A DNA stretch of 64,000 nt from Rhodothermales bacterium (GTDB taxonomy: Bacteria > Bacteroidota > Rhodothermia > Rhodothermales > VXPQ01): NCBI GenBank assembly GCA_965223485.1, contig OZ244993.1, positions 177,438-241,437 on the forward strand, given 5' to 3'. Of this stretch, positions 53,980 through 62,600 are shown in pieces. The notes under the pieces were generated by a model. It was not told the DNA's origin. It ran no database searches and was given only the letters and a program-made list of their open reading frames with translations. The position numbers and the translations under genes were made by a program. Numbering within the stretch: position 1 is the stretch's first letter; every line of letters begins with the position of its first letter.

Positions 53980-54753
53980 TCAGGTGCGGGCCGGATGCAG
54001 AGATACCCGAATTTGTTCAACCGCATTGCGGGCAAGTTGTGCCAATTCCTTGCGATTCCGTCCTTCGGTGGATATCGGCTGGCCGATATGCACCGTGTAT
54101 TCCACGCCCCGCAGCGCAGCCAGACCCCACAGGTGCGCCCAGAAGGACGTATGCTCCAGCCATACGATGCGGCGGCGTACATTCTCGGTTGCCGCTTCGC
54201 CCTCTACGCTCTCAAGAGACAGATACACGGGCAGCACCATACTGCCGGCCTTTCCGGCCACGGCCTCGAATGCGCCTGTCTTGAAGGGGCGGATAGAGCG
54301 CTCCTCGCTGGTGTTTCCCTCCGGAAAAACAAGCACGTTCAACCCGGTCGCCAGCCGCTCGCCAACTCGTTTGACAAAAGAAGCGGCAGCGGTCCGGCGG
54401 TCCCTGTCCACAGGAATCATGCCGTGCGAGATAGACACGTTGCCAATGAACGGCCATCCCTGCAGGTCGGCCCGGGCGACAGGCGCCATGGGCGCCACGG
54501 AAGCGAGAATAATCGAATCGAGTACTCCAAAGTGATTCGCCACCACGAGCATGCCCGACCGGTCCGGCATCTTCCCTTTCGCCCGTACGCGGATGCCCAC
54601 CCGTTCGCAAATCTGCACGCACACCTCGTGAATCTGTTGGGCCCGGCACCGCAACTCGTCCGTACGCTCCAGACCCGCAGCTTTTCGGTTCGCCTGCAAC
54701 GTACTCGAAAGCATCAGCCGGAATATCCTCAGGACGTTCAGAATGCGGTACAT
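53980..54753 (-). CDS. plsC: 1-acyl-sn-glycerol-3-phosphate (lysophospholipid) acyltransferase.
   Basis: Motifs HX4D (VVANHFGVLDS) and FPEGNTS. The track ORF starts at a TTG at 54780; the ATG at 54753 is preferred. Confidence 0.75.
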   Translation of the reverse strand: MYRILNVLRIFRLMLSSTLQANRKAAGLERTDELRCRAQQIHEVCVQICERVGIRVRAKGKMPDRSGMLVVANHFGVLDSIILASVAPMAPVARADLQGWPFIGNVSISHGMIPVDRDRRTAAASFVKRVGERLATGLNVLVFPEGNTSEERSIRPFKTGAFEAVAGKAGSMVLPVYLSLESVEGEAATENVRRRIVWLEHTSFWAHLWGLAALRGVEYTVHIGQPISTEGRNRKELAQLARNAVEQIRVSLHPART

Positions 54754-54805
54754 GCGCACAGGGGAAAGGATAACGTCCAAAGATACACCGGGAAATCCGG
54801 TTCCC

Positions 54806-55348
54806 CTATTCCTCTTCCTCCTGGTACTCCTCGAAGGTAAAATCCACGAACGCGTCGCTTCCGATGTAGGTCAGCACCTCCAGAAACTCCGGAGCCGTCA
54901 TAAAGCCGGGCAAACGGGTGATATATCTGCCTTCCTCATCCAGAAACACGGTGGTTGGAAATCCCGAAGCACCGAGGCCGGCCGCCATTTCCGAGGGGGT
55001 CAGCGTATAATCGCGGAAACTGAGACTGTCCGCCGTGTTCTCCGCATCGAGACGGGTCAGTACGAAATGGTCACGGACATACGCCTGCACCGATTCATCC
55101 GTGTAGACCTCGCGTTGCAATCGCCGGCACCAGGGACACCACGCCGCATAAACGTCTACGATCAATTTCTTGTCCTGCGTCTCTGCCTGCGTTACGGCCT
55201 CTTCGAATGCTTTCCAGTCAAGTCCTTCGGCAGGTACGCTGGCGTCTTGCGCGCGTACGTCTGCCGACGCAAGCATGCAGGCCGAAAACGCAAGCAGACT
55301 GGCAAGACCAAGCGAAATAAACGATCCGGGACGATTCATGACGCTCAT
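54806..55348 (-). CDS. Secreted thioredoxin-fold protein (WCPWC active site).
   Basis: Signal peptide ...ASADVRA/QDAS. The CxxC motif is in DVYAAWCPWCRRL. The C-terminus is acidic. The start overlaps the GT4 stop by 4 bp (ATGA). Confidence 0.75.
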   Translation of the reverse strand: MSVMNRPGSFISLGLASLLAFSACMLASADVRAQDASVPAEGLDWKAFEEAVTQAETQDKKLIVDVYAAWCPWCRRLQREVYTDESVQAYVRDHFVLTRLDAENTADSLSFRDYTLTPSEMAAGLGASGFPTTVFLDEEGRYITRLPGFMTAPEFLEVLTYIGSDAFVDFTFEEYQEEEE

Positions 55349-56568
55349 CGGAGCAATTCTCCGTAGATATGCATAAGTCGTTCTGATACCGAATCCGGGT
55401 TAAAAGTTTCGAACACGCGGGGAATGTTTTGACGCCACTGCTCCCGAAGCGGTTTCTGTGCGACGGCCCGGCGCAGGGCGGCTACAAGCGCGGTGCGATT
55501 GCCGGGTTCGACCAGGATACCTGTATCGTGCGGGGCAACCACCCGTCGGATTTCGGGCAGATCCGAGGCAACCACCGGAAGTCCGGCCATAAAGTACTGG
55601 AACAATTTGTTCGGCAGGGCGAAGCGATGGTTCAGGCAGGTATCCTGAAGCAGTGTTACGCCGAGATCGGCGGAAGCTGTGTACGCCGGCAGCCGGTCCG
55701 AAGGTACGGAATCGACGAAACGTATACGATCGGCGATCCCGGCGTCGGCCGTCTGCTTTTGCAGCGCAGGGCGAAGCGGTCCTCCACCAAGGAACACGAG
55801 CACGGCGCCTTCGATGTCCCGCATGGCGTCCACGAGTTGCTCGCAGCCGCGATCTTTCATCATGTGGCCCTGATGCAGCATCGTCACGGTGTCCGGATCG
55901 AGGTCCGGAACAAGCGGAGACGGCGACAGAGCAGGAGGTTTCCGGTCGGGAATGTTATGGAGCACTGCAGGACGAACCACCCCGTATGTTCCGGCGAGCC
56001 TGTCTGCAATGGCGTTCCCCACGGTCAGGACGGCATTGGCCCGGCGGATGTACCGGCGTTCGATCATGTACCAGAACGCACGCACCCAGGGTCTTCCAGC
56101 CGTAGCGGAAACGTGGGTGTACAATTCCCGGGCGTCGTACACGATGCGCCCTCCGTACCTGCGGGCAGCCGAACAGGCAGCCGGCAGCACGTACAGGCCC
56201 GATGCGTGATATACCCGCGCCGGGGTTTCAAGAAGCGCCTCCCGTACGCGGCGGTGCAATTCCAGAAAAAAAGAAGGACCGGAGCGCGAAGAGACAGATA
56301 TGCTGTGGAGATGTACGCCAGGTATTTCCGGAGCGCCGGATTCTCCCGATCCCGCGGCAACGATCCGGATGCGCAGGCCGGCATCGCCAAGGACCCTGAG
56401 TTGCCGGAGCGCCCTCGAATTATTGCGCAGGTCGCCGTACAGAGCAAATGCTACATCGAACCGGTCTTCGGCATGCACAGGGGTAACGGAAAAATCAGGT
56501 GAAAGGAAGAGAACCGGATCAGAAAAGCAGCACGCATGAAGTACGCCAGCCTCAAAACGCAACGACAT
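55345..56568 (-). CDS. GT-B fold glycosyltransferase (family 4-like).
   Basis: 407 aa. The C-terminal half has the GT4-type pattern ...LVFLGGGPLR...ASADLGVTLL...ALPNKLFQYFMAGLPVVASDLPEIRRVV...GILVEPGN. It starts 40 bp downstream of the giant E stop, on the same strand. Confidence 0.7.
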   Translation of the reverse strand: MSLRFEAGVLHACCFSDPVLFLSPDFSVTPVHAEDRFDVAFALYGDLRNNSRALRQLRVLGDAGLRIRIVAAGSGESGAPEIPGVHLHSISVSSRSGPSFFLELHRRVREALLETPARVYHASGLYVLPAACSAARRYGGRIVYDARELYTHVSATAGRPWVRAFWYMIERRYIRRANAVLTVGNAIADRLAGTYGVVRPAVLHNIPDRKPPALSPSPLVPDLDPDTVTMLHQGHMMKDRGCEQLVDAMRDIEGAVLVFLGGGPLRPALQKQTADAGIADRIRFVDSVPSDRLPAYTASADLGVTLLQDTCLNHRFALPNKLFQYFMAGLPVVASDLPEIRRVVAPHDTGILVEPGNRTALVAALRRAVAQKPLREQWRQNIPRVFETFNPDSVSERLMHIYGELLR

Positions 56569-56608
56569 CCGTACAGGACGGTTCCTGCCGGTCAGGCCTA
56601 ATTGTCCG

Positions 56609-59600
56609 TCAATGATCGTCAGCGACTACTACAGCCTTAACAGAATCCCTTGCCGGTGTTTTTTCCTTATAACCCACATCCCCTATATCCCTTCCCGGCG
56701 CATTCCACTCAACGGATGTGGGTTCGGGTACTCGACTCGATCCCCAGGGCGCAAATCGTAAAAACACCACCTCTTCCTCGGGCATACGAGCCAGCGGCAC
56801 GCGCACCCGGCTGCGCGTGTACACCAGCGTCTCCCGGCGGCCCAGCTCGCGGCCCTGCCCGTCGTACGCCACCACCTCGCCCGCAAAAGGACGATCCTGC
56901 GTCTCCAGCAAAAACGTCGCGGACATGGAAACCCCATACGACAACGACAACAGCGTGGCCCGTAGCTGAGACGCGCCTTCGCCGGGTACGTACACACCCG
57001 GAACGCGCATCGTCACGCGAGCCGTCCTCTCTCCCGTAACCTCCTCCGGCATACGGTCCGTTCGTACGTACTGACGAGGAGATGACGCCACATCGAAAAA
57101 CGCCGCGTAGCCCTGCTCCTCCATAGCCGCAAGCGCTCCCTCCTGCACCCCGTAACGGATAAGACCCTTCTCGCCGGGCTGCAATACCAACACGCCCGGA
57201 TGGATGTCCACCACCTTCGACAAATCGCCCAGACGAGAACCATCGGGCGACTCTATCACTACTTCCCGCCCATTCTCCGTCGCCTCCGTATACCCGAATC
57301 GAGCGGACACCGACACCTCCAGCGGAATGAGCGACGGATTCGACAGCTCGAACGCGCCGTTGGGCTTCCCTTCCGTCAAAAACGCAACGTCCGGGTAGAT
57401 GCTAAGACTCTGATCCTCCGTCAAGCCGGCGGGAACCTCCCGCGACGTGCTGAAGCGAACCCCTCCGGGGCCTATCGTGATCACGCGCTGCGAAGGTACG
57501 ACCGTCACTTCGACCTCCACCGAGTGCGTCTCTTCGCTCTCGCCCGAACGAAGAACCACGTCTATAGCGCCCGCATACCGCCCCGAAGGCGCGTCCGTAA
57601 GGTCCAGCTCGCCTCCGAAGCGAAGAAGGCGGCAGTCTGCTTCTGACAGCGTCGCCTCCGTATACAGCCCGCCTATCGCCTGAGAAGAAAGCTGCTCGCA
57701 CGACTCCGCAAAGGACCAGTTGGGCGCAAGAACGATCAAGGCAGCCTCGACGCCGCCCTCCTTACGCCTTAGCACGACCGGAGAAGCCAGTTCGATGGAC
57801 AACGACATCTCCCCGTTCTCGTCGAACGATGCGCCGCCGCCCGGCGAAAGCGTCATACGCCCCGCATGGTACGGACCCGATACGCGCGTCGATATCTGAT
57901 CCGTCATCGGATCGAGCGACGCCCGCGTCTGCGCCGACTGCACCCCGAAACGCAAGGACGATGCGCTTACCCTTACGCCAAGAGCCGTCGGATCCGAAGG
58001 CGCCCGCGAGGAAGACTCCGCTACGGCAGGCAAAGGATCGGCGGGGGGCTCTTCTGCGGGAGGCGAAACAGGATCCGGGGCAGGCGTCCGTATCCTGTCG
58101 AGCACCGTTACGGTAACGTCCGCCGCAGCGTCTTTCGCATTCGCCGCAGAGACGGTCAAAAGGTACTCGTAGGTCTCGTCTTCTTCCACCTCGTCCGGTA
58201 CATGGAACGTCGGCGACGCTATGTTCGTCGCGCTGAGCAGAGCCGTGTCCGGCGTATCGCCCCGAGCCGTCCACGCGTACGTATACTGCGGGTTGTCGCC
58301 CGGAGCCCCGGACGCCGAGCAGTCGAACGCGATGTCTGCCGATCCCTCGTAGACCGAACCGGGGTCCGCGCACGCGAGCGCAAGCGCACCCTTGTTCAGA
58401 ACCGTCACCGTTACCTCAGCCGTCGCGTCTTCTGCGTTCTCGGCGCTCGCCGTAAGCAGATATTCGTACATTGTCGTCGCATCTACCTCCTCCGGCACGG
58501 CAAACACCGGGGAAGCAATGTCCGCCCCACTGAGCAGATCCGTATTTGTCGTAGAGCCCCGGGCCGTCCAGGCGTATGTGTACTCGGAACCCCCGGGAGC
58601 GCCCGAAGCCGCGCAGTCGAATGCAATGTCCTCAGATCCCTCGTAGACCGAACCGGGGTCCGCACACGCAAGCGCAAGAGCGCCCCGGTTAAGCACCGTA
58701 ACGGTCACCTCCGCCGAACCGGACTTCGCATTCTCCGCACTGGCCGTAAGCAGGTACTCGTACGTCGTCGTCTCCTCCAACGCATCCGGCACGTGGAACG
58801 TTGGAGAAGATATGTCCGCAGCGCTCAATCGGGACGTGTTCGGCGTCGCGCCTATGGCCGTCCAGGCGTATCCGTAGGTAGAACCCCCAGGCGCGCCCGA
58901 AGCCGCGCAGTCCAAAGCAAAGTCCGCAGATCCCTCGTAGACCGAACCGGGGTCCGCACACGCAAGCGCAAGAGCGCCCTTGTTCAGCACCGTCACGGTA
59001 ACGTCGGCGCTGGCGGGATCCGCATTCTCCGCCGAGACGGTCAGCGTGTATTCGTACGTTGTCGTCGCATCTACCTCCTCCGGCACGGCAAACACCGGGG
59101 AAGCAATGTCCGCCCCACTGAGCAGATCCGTATTTGTCGTAGAGCCTCTGGCCGTCCACTCATATTCGTAGGCGGAACCCCCGGGAGCGCCCGAAGCCGC
59201 GCAGTCGAATGCAATGTCCTCCGAGCCCTCGTAGACCGAACCGGGGTCCGCACACGCAAGCGCAAGAGCGCCCTTGTTCAGCACCTTCACCCTAACGAGC
59301 GCCACCGCAGACTCCGCATTCTCAGCGCTCACCCTCAACCTGTACTCGTAGGTTGTCGTTTGCGGCACGTCGTCCGGCACACGGAACGTCGGCGACGCTA
59401 TGTCCGTCGCGCTCAAGAGACCCGTGTCCGGCTTGCCGCCCTGAGCTATCCACGAGTACACGTAGGCGGAACCCCCGGGAGCGCCCGAAGCCGCGCAGTC
59501 GAATGCAATGTCCTCCGAGCCCTCGTAGACCGAACCGGGGTCCGCACACGCAAGCGCAAGAGCGCCCTTGTTCAGCACCTTCACGGTAACGTCGGCGCTG

Positions 59601-62600
59601 GCGGGATCCGCATTCTCCGCCGAGACGGTCAGCGTGTATTCGTACGTTGTCGTCGCATCTACCTCCTCCGGCACGGCAAACACCGGGGAAGCAATATCCG
59701 CCCCACTGAGCAGATCCGTATTTGTCGTAGAGCCTCTGGCCGTCCACTCATATTCGTAGGCGGAACCCCCGGGAGCGCCCGAAGCCGCGCAGTCGAATGC
59801 AATGTCCTCAGATCCCTCGTAGACCGAACCGGGGTCCGCGCACACGAGCGCAAGCGCACCCTTGTTCAGCACCGTCACCCTAACGAGCGCCACCGCAGAC
59901 TCCGCATTCTCAGCGCTCACCCTCAACCCGTACTCGTAGGTTGTCGTTTGCGGCACGTCGTCCGGCACATGGAACGTCGGCGACGCTATGTCCGTCGCGC
60001 TCAAGAGACCCGTGTCCGGCTTGCCGCCCTGAGCTATCCACGAGTACACGTAGGCGGAACCCCCGGGAGCGCCCGAAGCCGCGCAGTCGAACGCGAAGTC
60101 TTCCGAGCCTTCGTATACCGAACCGGGGTCCGCACACGCAAGCGCAAGAGCGCCCTTGTTCAGCACCTTCACCCTAACGAGCGCCACCGCAGACTCCGCA
60201 TTCTCAGCGCTCACCCTCAACCTGTACTCGTAGGTTGTCGTTTGCGGCACGTCGTCCGGCACATGGAACGTCGGCGACGCTATGTCCGTCGCGCTCAAGA
60301 GACCCGTGTCCGGCTTGCCGCCCTGAGCTATCCACGAGTACACGTAGGCGGAACCCCCGGGAGCGCCCGAAGCCGCGCAATCCAGAGCGAAGTCCTCCGA
60401 GCCCTCGTAGACCGAACCGGGGTCCGCACACGCAAGCGCAAGAGCACCCTTGTTCAGCACCGTCACGGTAACGTCGGCGCTGGCGGGATCCGCATTCTCC
60501 GCCGAGACGGTCAGCGTGTATTCGTACGTTGTCGTCGCATCTACCTCCTCCGGCACGTCGAATGTCGGGGCGGGACCGTCCGCACCGGCAATAAGCAGGT
60601 CCGTGTTCGCCGTACCGTTCCTGGCCGTCCACTCATATTCGTAGGCGGAACCCCCGGGAGCGCCCGACGCCGCGCAGTCGAATGCAATGTCCTCCGAGCC
60701 TTCGTACACCGAAGGCGGATCCGCGCATACCACGCGCAGCGCTCCCACATTCAACACCGTCACCGTCACCGCTGCCGAACCGGACTCCGCATTCTCCGCA
60801 CTGGCCGTAAGCAGGTACTCGTAGGTTGTCGTAGCATCCAGCGCATCCGGCACGTAGAACGTCGGGGCGGGACCGTCCGTGCCACTGATGAGCCGATCCG
60901 TGTTTGCCGTACTTCCCCGGGCCGTCCACTCGTACGCGTAGTCGGAACCCGAAGGGGCGCCCGAAGCCGAGCAGTCAAACGCGAAGTCTTCCGAGCCTTC
61001 GTACACCGAACCCGGATCCGCGCACACAACCGCAAGAGCGCCCCGGTTAAGCACCGTAACGGTCACCTCCGCCGAACCGGACTCCGCATTCTCCGCACTG
61101 GCCGTAAGCAGGTACTCGTAGGTTGTCGTAGCATCCAGCGCATCCGGCACGTAGAACGTCGGGGCGGGACCGTCCGTGCCACTGATGAGCCGATCCGTGT
61201 TTGCCGTACTTCCCCGGGCCGTCCACTCGTACGCGTAGTCGGAACCCGAAGGGGCGCCCGAAGCCGAGCAGTCGAACGCGAAGTCTTCCGAGCCTTCGTA
61301 CACCGAACCCGGATCCGCGCACACAACCGCAAGAGCGCCCCGGTTAAGCACCGTAACGGTCACCTCCGCCGAACCGGACTCCGCATTCTCCGCACTGGCC
61401 GTAAGCAGGTACTCGTACGTCGTCGTCGCGTCCACCTCCTCCGGCACGTAGAACACGGGCGAGGCAATGTCCGCAGCGCTGAGCAGCGCCGTATTTGTCG
61501 TAGAGCCTATGGCCGTCCAGGCGTATTCGTAGGCAGAGCCCGCAGGAGCCCCCGACACCGAACAGTCGAACGCGATGTCTGCCGATCCCTCGTACACCGA
61601 ACCCGGATCCGCGCACGCGAGCGCAAGCGCGCCCCGGTTCAGCACCGTAACGGTCACCTCCGCCGAACCGGACTCCGCATTCTCCGCACTGGCCGTAAGC
61701 AGGTACTCGTACGTCGTCGTCGCGTCCACTTCCTCCGGCACGTAGAACACGGGCGAGGCAATGTCCGCAGCGCTGAGCAGCGCCGTATTTGTCGTAGAGC
61801 CTATGGCCGTCCAGGCGTATTCGTAGGCAGAGCCCGCAGGAGCCCCCGACGCCGAACAGTCGAACGCGATGTCTGCCGATCCCTCGTACACCGAACCCGG
61901 ATCCGCGCACGCGAGCGCAAGAGCGCCCTTGTTCAACACCGTTACCGTAACGTCCGCCGAAGCAGGAATAGTATTTCCCCCGCTAACCGTCAGCCTGTAC
62001 GAGTAGGTCCTGGTCTCGTTTATAGCACGAGGCACCGCGAACGTAGGGGTGGGACCGTCCGCGCCTGCAATTAACCGCGCCAGGTCTAACCTACTGCCCT
62101 GCCATTTATATGAATATGCGACGCCTGCAGGAGCGCCCGAAGCCGAGCAGTCCAGGTCGAAATCCTCCGAACCCTCATAGACCGAAGGCGGATCCGCGCA
62201 TACAAGAGCAAGTGTCGCATCGAACGCATCACGGTCAAGCACTGTCACTGAAATGAGGTAGGAACCACTGCCTCTGCCCCATGTGACTTTCAAGGTGTAT
62301 TCATAGATTTCATGGTTATCAATACTATCGGGGACATCGAAAGAGGGATTTGGTATGTCCGTAGCGCCCAATCTATCCGTATCTGACGTAGTTCCCCGTG
62401 TCATCCATTCCCATGTAAAATGGGAATCGGGTAATATATCGCCATTAGCTGTTACAGCACTACAATTGGCTATAGTTTTGTCCGAATCTCCCTCAAAAAA
62501 AGATGCTTCCGTTGAACAACTCATCGTCCATCCACCCGCAGTCTTTACTCTAACAACAATATTTGTTTCGTTACTCTGAATACCTGCACTGACAGAAACG

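Noticed and set aside
57866-62074. Very long plus-strand ORFs antisense to the giant genes, e.g. 57866..62074 (1,402 aa), 940..2451, 4339..5817, 8490..9800, 10746..11822, 30102..31391, 34355..35659 and 36143..37012. All are extremely Arg-rich.
   Set aside because: They are shadow frames of GC-rich, periodically repeated coding sequence. Their translations are low-complexity R/V/H/G strings that repeat with the same 294-bp period and carry no recognisable domains. The minus-strand frame gives coherent signal peptides and conserved domain motifs.
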